Translations under genes and position numbers: made by a program
Notes under the pieces: generated by a model
Seen by the model: the letters and a program-made list of their open reading frames with translations, nothing else
Told to the model about the DNA's origin: nothing
Databases searched by the model: none
In this document: positions 8,972 to 19,200 of the stretch, one piece after another
Layout of the letters: each line of letters opens with the position of its first letter
Position numbering within the stretch: the stretch's first letter is position 1
Assembly (NCBI GenBank): GCA_943789355.1
Contig: CALSTU010000003.1
Coordinates: forward strand, 165,985 to 229,984
Direction of reading: 5' to 3'
Source of the DNA: an uncultured Flavobacteriales bacterium
Lineage (GTDB): Bacteria > Bacteroidota > Bacteroidia > Flavobacteriales > UBA7430
Length of the DNA stretch: 64,000 bases

Positions 8972-10306
8972 TCAGATCAAACGTAACATTTCTTTCATCA
9001 CATCTTCAGAATCCCAAATCTGATCGATGTTTGGTTTACTCATGATTGTTTGCATCAGTTTTTCTTGTTTCATACCGATGACCCAGGCATCAGCGTAAGA
9101 AATATTTGTAAAGCTAACCATAGAGTAGAGCGGGATCCATTTGTCGGGATACCGTTGTGTGAATTTCTGTTCTATTTTTTTCTGTAGTAAGAATTCAGCT
9201 TGGGCTGTTTTGTCACGCATGACAATGAAGTTGTGCATGGAAAGATCTTGGACTCCGTCTCCATTGGGTTTACGTACTCTCGAATATTCTTCAAAACAAG
9301 TTTTGAAGTTGTTGTTGTGTTTGTCTAGCAATTCATCCAGTACTCTACAATCTTCGAATCCAGCGTTCATACCTTGTCCGTAAAAAGGTACCGTGGCATG
9401 GGCTGCATCTCCGATTAAAACGGTTTTATCTTTTACGTGCCATGGGAAGGTTCGCATGATGGCCATTGAAGAAGTTGGGTTTGCAAAAAATTGTTCGCAT
9501 AAATCCGGAATGAGAGGAACTAAGTCCGGGAACGTTTTCTCGAAGTACTCTTGAACATCTTTGTTTGTGTTGAGCTCTTCAAAGGAATTGTCTCCTTCGT
9601 ATGGTGCAAATAAAGTGCAGGTATAACTGCCGTCTAAATTGGGAAGCGCTATGAGCATAAAGTTGCCTCGAGGCCATATATGTAAGGCGTTTTTCTCCAG
9701 TTTGTGAGTTCCATTGGTGTGGGCTGGAATGACTAATTCTTTGTATCCGTGCTCGATGTATTGTTGAGAGTATTGCTGCCTACTTCGTTTAAGCATTTGA
9801 CTCCGAACAGCCGAAAAGGCACCGTCAGCACCTATTATTAAATCAGAATTAATGGAGATTTTTTCCTTCGAATTTGTGTGCTCGAAGGTGGCATTTCCAG
9901 TGTCAAAGTCAACGTCTTTACATTTTTGATTGCAATGAATTTCAACACCTAATTTCTCAGCCATTTCCATCAAAACTAAATTCAGTTTTGATCGGGAGAC
10001 TGAGTAGATTGCTTGACCGGGGTTTCCGTAGGCTTGTTCAGATAACTCTCCATGTACATCGTGCATGATTCTTTTGTACATGGGAATTGCTATCTTTTCC
10101 ACATTTTCGGCTGCACTTACTTTTTTCAGAGCTGACCAACCTCTTTCTGATAGAGCCAAGTTGATAGATTTTCCAGCAGTAATTTTAGCCAATCGCAAGT
10201 CATCTCTTCTTTCGTAGATGGAGGTTTGGAAACCTCTTTTTTGCATATATAGTGCGCACAGTGATCCAACCAATCCAGCCCCGGCGATGGTTATTTTTCT
10301 TTTCAT
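8972..10306 (-). CDS. kmo: kynurenine 3-monooxygenase (FAD-dependent)
   Basis: ITIAGAGLVGS dinucleotide fold, GDAAHATVPFYGQGMNAGFED flavin-monooxygenase motif, and operon context. Confidence 0.9.
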   Translation of the reverse strand: MKRKITIAGAGLVGSLCALYMQKRGFQTSIYERRDDLRLAKITAGKSINLALSERGWSALKKVSAAENVEKIAIPMYKRIMHDVHGELSEQAYGNPGQAIYSVSRSKLNLVLMEMAEKLGVEIHCNQKCKDVDFDTGNATFEHTNSKEKISINSDLIIGADGAFSAVRSQMLKRSRQQYSQQYIEHGYKELVIPAHTNGTHKLEKNALHIWPRGNFMLIALPNLDGSYTCTLFAPYEGDNSFEELNTNKDVQEYFEKTFPDLVPLIPDLCEQFFANPTSSMAIMRTFPWHVKDKTVLIGDAAHATVPFYGQGMNAGFEDCRVLDELLDKHNNNFKTCFEEYSRVRKPNGDGVQDLSMHNFIVMRDKTAQAEFLLQKKIEQKFTQRYPDKWIPLYSMVSFTNISYADAWVIGMKQEKLMQTIMSKPNIDQIWDSEDVMKEMLRLI

Positions 10307-11553
10307 AAGCTGGAGGTTAATAGGTTGTAAAATTTATACACATCGGAATAACTGTTGTATAACGGAACGGGTGCAATTCGAATGACATCGGGTTCCCGCC
10401 AATCTGCAATAACCCCTTTTTTTGTGAGCTCATCAAATAGAATTTTGTTTCCTTTTGTTACTTGAATGGAAACTTGACAACCTCTCTTTTCGGGTGTGAT
10501 GATCTTTATTTTATCGGAATCGATGGTTTCTAACAATTCGATGAGGTAATTTGTTTGATTTTTTGATTTTTCAATTAATCTGTCCATACCTGCTTCCTTA
10601 AAAATACTTAAGGATGCACGTATAGCAGCTAAGGATAAAATGGATGGATTACTAAGCTGCCAACCTTCAGCAGTAGGTATAGGTTCGAAATCATCAGGCA
10701 TTTGAAATCGATTTTCTTTGTTGTGTCCCCACCAACCTGCAAACATTGGTAAATTACTTTTGTGATGTTTTTCATGAATAAAGGCACCCGCAATCGATCC
10801 TGGACCAGAGTTTAGGTACTTATAGGAACACCAAACAGCAAAGTCAACGTTCCAATTGTGAAGTTTTAGTTTCACATTACCTGCGGCATGAGCTAAGTCG
10901 AAGCCTACGTAAATATGTTCTTTATGTGCTAAGTTTGTTAGTGTTTTCATATCGAAAACTTGTCCCGTATAATAGTTGACACCACCCAGCATAAGTAGTG
11001 CAATTTCATCTCCATCTTCAGCAATTATTTTGGCAATATCTTCAGTTCTTAGCGTATCTTCTCCTTTTCTAGGTTTGATTTTCACAAGACTATCCTCGGG
11101 CTTGTAGCCGTGGTGTTTAATTTGTGATGTTATCGCATATATGTCAGAAGGGAAAGCATCTGCCTCAATAAGGATTTTATGTTTTTTTCTTGTAGGTCGA
11201 TAAAATGAAATCATCATCAAGTGAAGGTTTACCGTCAGAGAATTCATGGCAATGACTTCCGTTGGTTTAGCTCCTACAATTTCACTGAAGCCCTCGCTGA
11301 GGAACTCGTGGTAAGGCATCCAAGGATTTTTAGCATTAAAATGACCTTCAACACCCAGTTCAGCCCAATCGGTTAGTTCTTGGTCTAGGTAATCTCTCGT
11401 GCGTTTCGGTTGAAGCCCCAAAGAGTTTCCACATAAATAAATTAATTCATGTCCATTTTCATCTACAGGGATGTGAAATTCCTTTCTAAAGGAATTTAGA
11501 GGATCTTCTTGGTCGAGTTGTATTGCAAACCCTTTTGTGTACTTAGAGTTCAT
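10303..11553 (-). CDS. kynU: kynureninase (PLP-dependent)
   Basis: Full-length match to the kynureninase pattern (FHIP...IYLCGNSLGLQP, WCSYKYLNSGPG with the PLP lysine region). ATG at 11553 (MNSKY) preferred. ATGA overlap with kmo. Confidence 0.9.
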   Translation of the reverse strand: MNSKYTKGFAIQLDQEDPLNSFRKEFHIPVDENGHELIYLCGNSLGLQPKRTRDYLDQELTDWAELGVEGHFNAKNPWMPYHEFLSEGFSEIVGAKPTEVIAMNSLTVNLHLMMISFYRPTRKKHKILIEADAFPSDIYAITSQIKHHGYKPEDSLVKIKPRKGEDTLRTEDIAKIIAEDGDEIALLMLGGVNYYTGQVFDMKTLTNLAHKEHIYVGFDLAHAAGNVKLKLHNWNVDFAVWCSYKYLNSGPGSIAGAFIHEKHHKSNLPMFAGWWGHNKENRFQMPDDFEPIPTAEGWQLSNPSILSLAAIRASLSIFKEAGMDRLIEKSKNQTNYLIELLETIDSDKIKIITPEKRGCQVSIQVTKGNKILFDELTKKGVIADWREPDVIRIAPVPLYNSYSDVYKFYNLLTSSL

Positions 11554-12343
11554 TGATTTCAAAAAGAATTGGTCTGCTTGGTGCAGCATCAGAAACAAAA
11601 GCAGGGATTTGTATGGTCAGTAAATAATGACCGTCTTGAATTTGATTGTCTACAAAAATCATTTCCGTAATGGTTTTGTTCTTTGTTTTTGGGTTGAATT
11701 GTTTGCACGTAGTATTCCAGAAGGCATTGTGAGCGGATAAAATACCATCATCCAATAATCGGTCAACGGATGGTGTATCTACAAGCAGGTGGTTTACTCC
11801 GCGCTCGTGTATGTATTCCATAGCATCTATAGAAAAAAAGGGTGTGTTTTTTTCAAGGTAATCTTGTGATTTTTTTTCTTTGAGATTGGGCACTGTTCTT
11901 ATGATCAATCCTTGCAAAAATTCATCAGGTACATCTTTCAGTTTTTCTACCAATTCTTCTTTTGTGATCAATAGATCACCCTCATTCAATTTAGGCAGGT
12001 ATCTTTCGGATGTCTTTTGCGCATTTATTGAAATCAAATGAGCAGGGATCATAAGATCATTTAAAGATGACAACAGGGCTACTCGTTCTTTTGTTAGGTG
12101 TCCGATACATTCTGTATGTGTCCCATTGCAATGAGGGGTTATGTGATATGTTTCGAAATTACATACGCCTCCTTTGCGGGTATCTCCAATAAATTCGTCA
12201 TTTGAGTATGGTGTAGACGTAGCTCGATCTACTCCATATGTATTAGGTTGTTTACCGTTAAATAGGAGCGGAATAGAAAGATCCTTACCCTCAGAAAAGT
12301 CAACGAGATACTTGTTGTTTTTAATGATAATCTCTCCTTTCAT
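11543..12343 (-). CDS. cyclase-family-like protein, candidate kynurenine formamidase
   Basis: 266 aa between ACMSD and kynureninase. HCNGTHTECIGH resembles but deviates from the cyclase/KynB HxGTHxDxPxH metal motif. Assignment rests mainly on position. Confidence 0.55.
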   Translation of the reverse strand: MKGEIIIKNNKYLVDFSEGKDLSIPLLFNGKQPNTYGVDRATSTPYSNDEFIGDTRKGGVCNFETYHITPHCNGTHTECIGHLTKERVALLSSLNDLMIPAHLISINAQKTSERYLPKLNEGDLLITKEELVEKLKDVPDEFLQGLIIRTVPNLKEKKSQDYLEKNTPFFSIDAMEYIHERGVNHLLVDTPSVDRLLDDGILSAHNAFWNTTCKQFNPKTKNKTITEMIFVDNQIQDGHYLLTIQIPAFVSDAAPSRPILFEINEL

Positions 12344-13360
12344 CTATGTAAAGTCTGATTCTTTCATGTTCAGCCAGTCTAGGGCATTCCTAGAGAGTAG
12401 TTTTTCTTTTATGCTTGAAGTAAACGGTGCATTGTGAATCAAATTACCGGGTTCTTGTTCTCCTAGTGGAAAAGGGTAATCTGTTCCGAGAGCGACCTTG
12501 TCTTCTCCCACTAAATCTACAATATATTTTAATATTTTGTCGTCATGAACCAAGCTGTCTAGCCAAAATTTCCCAAGATAATCTTTAGGGTTTACATTGT
12601 TGTCTAATGCCACAAGGTCGGGCCTCACGTTAAAACCGTGTTCTATTCTTCCTATCGTGGCAGGAAAAGATCCTCCGCCATGTGCAAAGGCAACTCGCAA
12701 TTTTGGAAACTTCTGAAATACGCCACTAAAAATCATTGAGCAGATGGCAAGTGAAGTCTCCATTGGCATCCCAACCAACCAGGACAACCAGTATTTATCC
12801 ATTTTTTCTTTAGCCATCCACCACCAAGGATGCACAAAAAGAGCCATATCTAAATCTTCACAAGCCTCATAAATAGGGAAAAATGATGCTTCACTGAGGT
12901 TTAAATCATTAACATGAGATCCAATTTGAACACCTTTCATTCCTATGGATTTGCAACGTTCTAATTCCGCAATGGCCAACTTAGTGTCTTGCATGGGGAT
13001 GTTTCCAAGGCCAACAAATCTATTGGGCGATTTGTCAACGACTTTCATCAAATCATCATTAATGAATTTTGAAATTTCAAGACCGTCTTTTGGTTTGGTC
13101 CAGTAGGAAAACATTACCGGAACTGTAGATAAAACCTGAACATCAATGTTATGATGATTGCAATCATGAATTCTTGCTTTGGGGTCCCAGCAATTAGATT
13201 CTATTTCTCTAAAGAATTGGTCATTCATCATCATTTTTGCACAACAAGGCTTGTGATGTTCCAATTGAATAAATTCACCGTATCCAAATTTCTTGTTAAA
13301 ATTTGGTATTTCCCGAGGTAAAATATGGGTGTGTATATCGACCGTAAACAGTTTTTTCAT
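12344..13360 (-). CDS. 2-amino-3-carboxymuconate-6-semialdehyde decarboxylase (ACMSD, amidohydrolase superfamily)
   Basis: DIHTHILP N-terminal metal motif, AFAHGGGSFP and LGTDYPFPLG, about 338 aa. Abuts the next gene with no gap. Confidence 0.85.
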   Translation of the reverse strand: MKKLFTVDIHTHILPREIPNFNKKFGYGEFIQLEHHKPCCAKMMMNDQFFREIESNCWDPKARIHDCNHHNIDVQVLSTVPVMFSYWTKPKDGLEISKFINDDLMKVVDKSPNRFVGLGNIPMQDTKLAIAELERCKSIGMKGVQIGSHVNDLNLSEASFFPIYEACEDLDMALFVHPWWWMAKEKMDKYWLSWLVGMPMETSLAICSMIFSGVFQKFPKLRVAFAHGGGSFPATIGRIEHGFNVRPDLVALDNNVNPKDYLGKFWLDSLVHDDKILKYIVDLVGEDKVALGTDYPFPLGEQEPGNLIHNAPFTSSIKEKLLSRNALDWLNMKESDFT

Positions 13361-13364
13361 TCAA

Positions 13365-13892
13365 TTATGCAAATCGTTTATCTATATCCATTGTGGTGTT
13401 ACATTGACTACAAGTTCTTAGGTCTTTGGATTCATAAAATTCTTTGAATCTTGGTTGGAAATCTTTCTCAACATTATTCAGTTCAAAGCGAACGCTGTGA
13501 AGCAGGTTGTTGCAATGATCACAATACCACTCTAAGCCATCTTTTTCTCCATGGTTTCGATGTACTTCAATAACCAAGCCAACACTGTTTGTTGGGCGAA
13601 TGGGGGAGTGAGGGACTTTTGCAGGCAAAAGAAAAATTTCGCCCTCTTTTATTGGAATGTCTAAAGCTTTACCCTCTTCTTGTATCTTTAGGGTTATGTC
13701 GCCTTTGACTTGATAAAAAAACTCTTCCGTTTCGTTGTAATGGTAATCCTTCCTTTGGTTTGGTCCACCAACAACCATAATGATGAGGTCGCCAGATTCC
13801 ATGTATACACATTTATTCCCCACAGGTGGTTTCAAGAATTCCTGATTGTCTTTAATCCACTTTTGGAAGTTGAATGGTTTTGTAATAGGCAT
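13365..13892 (-). CDS. 3-hydroxyanthranilate 3,4-dioxygenase (cupin)
   Basis: 175 aa with WIKDNQEFLKPPVGNK, a cupin core (EEFFYQVKGD...PHSP) and C-terminal CxxC...CxxC (CDHC...CSQC). Confidence 0.9.
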   Translation of the reverse strand: MPITKPFNFQKWIKDNQEFLKPPVGNKCVYMESGDLIIMVVGGPNQRKDYHYNETEEFFYQVKGDITLKIQEEGKALDIPIKEGEIFLLPAKVPHSPIRPTNSVGLVIEVHRNHGEKDGLEWYCDHCNNLLHSVRFELNNVEKDFQPRFKEFYESKDLRTCSQCNTTMDIDKRFA

Positions 13893-13903
13893 AAAGGCTT
13901 TGT

Positions 13904-14320
13904 TTATAATGATGCAATCACTTTCAGTTCAATAGCTATTGGCGTGGGTAGGCAATTTATTTCTACGGTTGTCCTGCAAGGTTGGTTATCTTTAAAGTAA
14001 CTCGCGTAAATTTTATTGTACGTATTAAAGTCGTCTTTCATATTTGTAAGGAAAACGGTAACATCGATAATTTTATCCCACGACGAACCTGCATCTTCTA
14101 GGATGTATTTTATGTTTTGAAACACGGAGTGGCATTGTTTTTCAATATCGTAAGCGATGATGTCTCCACTTTCATTAAGGGTAACACCAGGTATGATTTT
14201 AGAACCAGCAACTCTGGGTCCCACACCCGAAAGAAACAGTAAATCTCCTTGTTTACGCGCATGAGGGTACAATCCTACAGCCTGGGGGGCTCTTTCGCTG
14301 TTGTATTTTTTCATGTCCAT
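13904..14320 (-). CDS. RidA/YjgF-family deaminase (2-aminomuconate deaminase-like)
   Basis: 138 aa RidA fold pattern (GDLLFLSGVGPR...CRTTVE), in the position held by AmnD-type deaminases in aminomuconate pathways. Confidence 0.7.
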   Translation of the reverse strand: MDMKKYNSERAPQAVGLYPHARKQGDLLFLSGVGPRVAGSKIIPGVTLNESGDIIAYDIEKQCHSVFQNIKYILEDAGSSWDKIIDVTVFLTNMKDDFNTYNKIYASYFKDNQPCRTTVEINCLPTPIAIELKVIASL

Positions 14321-14324
14321 GCTT

Positions 14325-15767
14325 TTAAATTTTCACACATACATTTTTCGGCTCTGTAAAAAACTGCAGGGATTTAAATCCACCTTCCCTTCCTAATCCG
14401 GATTGTTTCATCCCGCCAAAGGGGATTCGTAGGTCTCTTGTAATCCATGTGTTTATCCAAACAATCCCAGCATCTATGTTTGCTGCTACTCGGTGTCCTC
14501 TTCCGATGTTTTCTGTAAATATACTTGCAGAAAGGCCATATTTTGTGGCGTTAGCCATTTCAATAACTTCTTCTTCCGTTTCAAAAGGAATCAAGCAAAC
14601 TACCGGTCCAAAAATCTCCTCTTGATTGATGGTGCAGTCGTTTGAAAGACCTTCAATTACCGTTGGACGAATGTAGTATCCGTTTCTCAATTCTCCTCCG
14701 AGAATTGCTCGTTCTCCACCAATAAGTATTTTCCCTCCTAATTTTTTTGCTTCTTCAATCTTTCCTAAAACTTTTTTCATGTGAGTTTCAGAGACCATGG
14801 CACCCAGATCATTTTCATTTGCTTTTGGGTCTCCTACTTTAAGTGCAGAAACCTTTTGAACAAATGCGTCTTTAAATGAATGATATATTTCTTTTTGGAT
14901 GAATAGCCTTGATCCACAAAGGCAGATTTGTCCTTGATTTGAAAATGCGGCCTTTGCAGCCATATCTATAGCTTGATTGAAATCGGCATCGGCAAATACA
15001 ATGTTGGGATTTTTTCCGCCGAGTTCTAATGAGGTTTTTTTAAACATGGGTGCGGTTAGTGCAGCTATGTGTTTTCCAGTTTGAGTTCCTCCTGTAAACG
15101 AAATGATTGGTGTGTCAGGATGAGTGGTTAAAGGGTCGCCTACTTTTGAACCGTAACCATGTACAATATTTAAGACTCCTTTCGGAAATCCTATTTCGAT
15201 ACATATTTTACTGAGCAGAAAAGCGGTCATTGGAGTAATCTCAGAGGGTTTTGCAACGACTGTATTTCCTGTCGCAAGGGCAGGTGCTATTTTCCATGTA
15301 AGAAGGTATAGGGGAAGGTTCCAAGGGGAAATACATGCAGCTACGCCAATCGCTTGTCGCGAGGTGTAATTTAATGCATCACCGTCCATTTCGTGAAGCT
15401 CTGAGTGATCGTGCAATATGGCCGTGGCAAAAAACCTGAGGTTTGTTGAGGCTCTAGGTATATCAACGTTACGAGCCTGAGTCTCGGTTTTTCCATTGTC
15501 TCTACTTTCAGCCCGAATTAATTCCTCAGAATTTTCCTCAATGGCATCAGCCAATTTCAGAAGTAAATTAGAACGTTCTTGTTTGGGTGTTTTACTCCAA
15601 GACTTAAAAGCTTCTTTTGCGGCTCCGACAGCTAGTTTAATGTCACTTTCATCACTGTCAGGTACCCAAGAGTAAACAGAGCCATTTGATGGGTTGTAAT
15701 TCTCAAAGTAAGAGCGATTACTGGGTTCAAGCAGTTCCCCGTTTATGTAATTTAGAATTTTTTCCAT
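14325..15767 (-). CDS. NAD-dependent aldehyde dehydrogenase (2-aminomuconate-6-semialdehyde dehydrogenase-like)
   Basis: ALDH signatures: VAKPSE, LELGGKNP, catalytic Cys region QGQICLCGSR, EEIFGPV. Operon context supports the role. Confidence 0.8.
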   Translation of the reverse strand: MEKILNYINGELLEPSNRSYFENYNPSNGSVYSWVPDSDESDIKLAVGAAKEAFKSWSKTPKQERSNLLLKLADAIEENSEELIRAESRDNGKTETQARNVDIPRASTNLRFFATAILHDHSELHEMDGDALNYTSRQAIGVAACISPWNLPLYLLTWKIAPALATGNTVVAKPSEITPMTAFLLSKICIEIGFPKGVLNIVHGYGSKVGDPLTTHPDTPIISFTGGTQTGKHIAALTAPMFKKTSLELGGKNPNIVFADADFNQAIDMAAKAAFSNQGQICLCGSRLFIQKEIYHSFKDAFVQKVSALKVGDPKANENDLGAMVSETHMKKVLGKIEEAKKLGGKILIGGERAILGGELRNGYYIRPTVIEGLSNDCTINQEEIFGPVVCLIPFETEEEVIEMANATKYGLSASIFTENIGRGHRVAANIDAGIVWINTWITRDLRIPFGGMKQSGLGREGGFKSLQFFTEPKNVCVKI

Positions 15768-16547
15768 TTATAAACATGCTGTTCTTCCTCCATCTACTGG
15801 AAGATTAATTCCATTTATGTAAGCCGCTGCAGGAGAGCATAAGAATGCAACTGCATTGGCCGTTTCAGAAGCTTCGCCAAATCGTTTTGCAGGTATGGAC
15901 GACTTCATGTTTTTAATTACTTTTTGTTCAGAGATTGCTTCGTTTTTTGCTTTTGATGCAATCAGAGATTTTAATCTACTCGTATCCGTAAATCCCGGAA
16001 GAATGTTGTTCACTGTTATCCCGAACGCTCCTAGTTCTAGAGACAGTGTTTTCGCCCAATTTGCTACTGCAGCTCTTATGGTGTTGGAAACGCCCAGCCC
16101 AGGAATAGGAGATTTTACAGAGGTTGATATGATGTTTACAATACGACCATAACCTTCATTTTTCATGCCAGACATCACTTTTTGGACGAGAATCTGATTG
16201 CAGATCACATGCATTTTAAATCCCTCTTCAAAAGACTCAATGGCTGCATCTGTTATGGCACCTGCCGCTGGACCGCCTGTATTATTGACAAGGATGTGAA
16301 ATACATCATCAAGGCTTTGCAATTTTTTTTCTAATTCAATCGTGTTTTTGAAGTCTACAGCAAGGTAAGAGTGAGTTTGCCCCTTTGAGGTGTCCAGGAG
16401 GTATAGGTTTTCTTTTAGCTTGTCTTCATTTCGAGCAATTAGCGTGATGTTTGCTCCAAGTTTGGCAAGTTCAATTGCGCTGGCTTTCCCAATACCTTCG
16501 GTACTTCCACATACGATTGCATTTTTATTGTTTAATTCTATCTCCAT
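15768..16547 (-). CDS. atypical SDR-family protein lacking the YxxxK catalytic pair
   Basis: Rossmann motif CGSTEGIG and NNTGG are present. Where a classical SDR has YxxxK (about residues 154-158), the sequence is S-N-T-I-R (GLGVSNTIRAAVANWAK). Confidence 0.8.
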   Translation of the reverse strand: MEIELNNKNAIVCGSTEGIGKASAIELAKLGANITLIARNEDKLKENLYLLDTSKGQTHSYLAVDFKNTIELEKKLQSLDDVFHILVNNTGGPAAGAITDAAIESFEEGFKMHVICNQILVQKVMSGMKNEGYGRIVNIISTSVKSPIPGLGVSNTIRAAVANWAKTLSLELGAFGITVNNILPGFTDTSRLKSLIASKAKNEAISEQKVIKNMKSSIPAKRFGEASETANAVAFLCSPAAAYINGINLPVDGGRTACL

Positions 16548-17638
16548 TTGTCAGTGAAATTAAAACCCAACTGTTCTTTGACATTTTTCGGTAATTCGGG
16601 AGCATATGACCTAGAAATCATAAGTGTAGATATATTGGCAATGTCAGTAAATAATTTATGTTGATCTACAGTCTTTTTCAAATATCCTTGCCCGGAAGAC
16701 CCTCCAGTTCCTATTTTTTGCCCTAATGTTTTCTCCACCATTTGAACATGTCTAAATCTCCAAGAAGCTATTTGATGATCGAGCTCTACTAAATTCTTTA
16801 AAAATTTAGATGGTAAGTGTAGAATAGGTTGCTCACGATATAAATTGATTAGTAGCGCCGACATTGTTGCTTTGTAGGATAAGGATGTTTCCCCATTTTC
16901 TATTGCCTTTTGGTGTATGTTTTCGTCAAAGACACGCTCAAAATATTTTCTATTTTCTTCAATCATTCGGATTCTGAGCGCCTTATCATCGTCAGAAAGT
17001 AGTGGAGAGTTTTTTATATTAGAAGACTCTTTATTCATCATTTCATTGACAACAGTTTCATATTTCTCAATGAAATCAAAGCCCTTCATGTTTAAGAATG
17101 GGATTCGCTCCAACCATTTCTCAACAAGTTTGAATAGAGATTCACTGTCCTCTAAAGTTAGAATTTCTTTCTTTTTAGCTCCTTCAAATTCGTTGTGGTA
17201 TGGACAGCCTCCTAGTTGATGTCTGTCTTTTATTTTGAGGCCTAGCATCAGCTCTAATTTTCGGAACTGGTGGGATTGAAAGCCTGAAGCCGGAGACAGA
17301 TGATGTCGAAAGTCCAAAAAGTCGGCAGAAGTCATGGTTTCTAGCACATCAATTTGTTGCACCAATACATTTAAGATTTTATTGACACGTTCAATTCTAG
17401 AAACGATGATTCCAATATTCTCTTCATTGATTTTTTCTTGCTTGAAAAGGTTCATGATTGAGCCTATTTCATGTATAATCTGTTTAAACCACAACTCATA
17501 GGTCTGATGGATGATGATGAAAAACATTTCATCATGAGCAGCTTCTTTTCCTTCACCACTTATTGGATGCTGCGCATTGAGAATCTTGTCAAGCTCCAAA
17601 TAATTTATGTAGTGAACGGATGGTTTTTTTTCTGACAT
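16538..17638 (-). CDS. kynA: tryptophan 2,3-dioxygenase
   Basis: YINYLELDKILNAQ, HDEMFFIIIHQTYELWFKQ and GTGGSSG...YL are TDO hallmarks. ATG at 17638 (MSEKK) is preferred over the TTG at 17644. Confidence 0.9.
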   Translation of the reverse strand: MSEKKPSVHYINYLELDKILNAQHPISGEGKEAAHDEMFFIIIHQTYELWFKQIIHEIGSIMNLFKQEKINEENIGIIVSRIERVNKILNVLVQQIDVLETMTSADFLDFRHHLSPASGFQSHQFRKLELMLGLKIKDRHQLGGCPYHNEFEGAKKKEILTLEDSESLFKLVEKWLERIPFLNMKGFDFIEKYETVVNEMMNKESSNIKNSPLLSDDDKALRIRMIEENRKYFERVFDENIHQKAIENGETSLSYKATMSALLINLYREQPILHLPSKFLKNLVELDHQIASWRFRHVQMVEKTLGQKIGTGGSSGQGYLKKTVDQHKLFTDIANISTLMISRSYAPELPKNVKEQLGFNFTDKWR

Positions 17639-17865
17639 CTGCAAACTAATTTTAAAGTAAAAGTAAAGTTATTTTTAATTATACAGTCAGCTATTCGGTA
17701 TTATTAAGGCTATAGATTCTATTTTAACATTTGTAGTAATTTGTGAGAGAAGTCTATCCCCTCAATGATTAAGGTGTTTTTGAAGATGTTTTTCAGGCTA
17801 ATGCAAAGGATTTTTAGCGATAAATTTCTTGTACTATTTTCTTTTTTATTCTCCGAACAATACTA

Positions 17866-17873
17866 TATTTTTG
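17866..17873 (+). promoter_or_regulatory. -7 box TATTTTTG upstream of sucC
   Basis: Exact TAnnTTTG, 25 nt before the ATG. Confidence 0.4.
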
Positions 17874-17897
17874 CAACTTAATTTATAAGAAACAATA

Positions 17898-19088
<1,191 letters not shown>

Positions 19089-19112
19089 TCCGTTACCTCT
19101 CGAAAAAAGTTA

Positions 19113-19138
19113 AGGAGTCGTTAGACTCCTTTTTTTTT
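19113..19138 (+). terminator. intrinsic terminator after sucC
   Basis: AGGAGTC-gtta-GACTCCT followed by a T run. Confidence 0.75.
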
Positions 19139-19200
19139 GACAAAAATCTACTTAATTCTATGGTTTAAATATTTTGTATTTTGCGTATATAATGTGAGCT

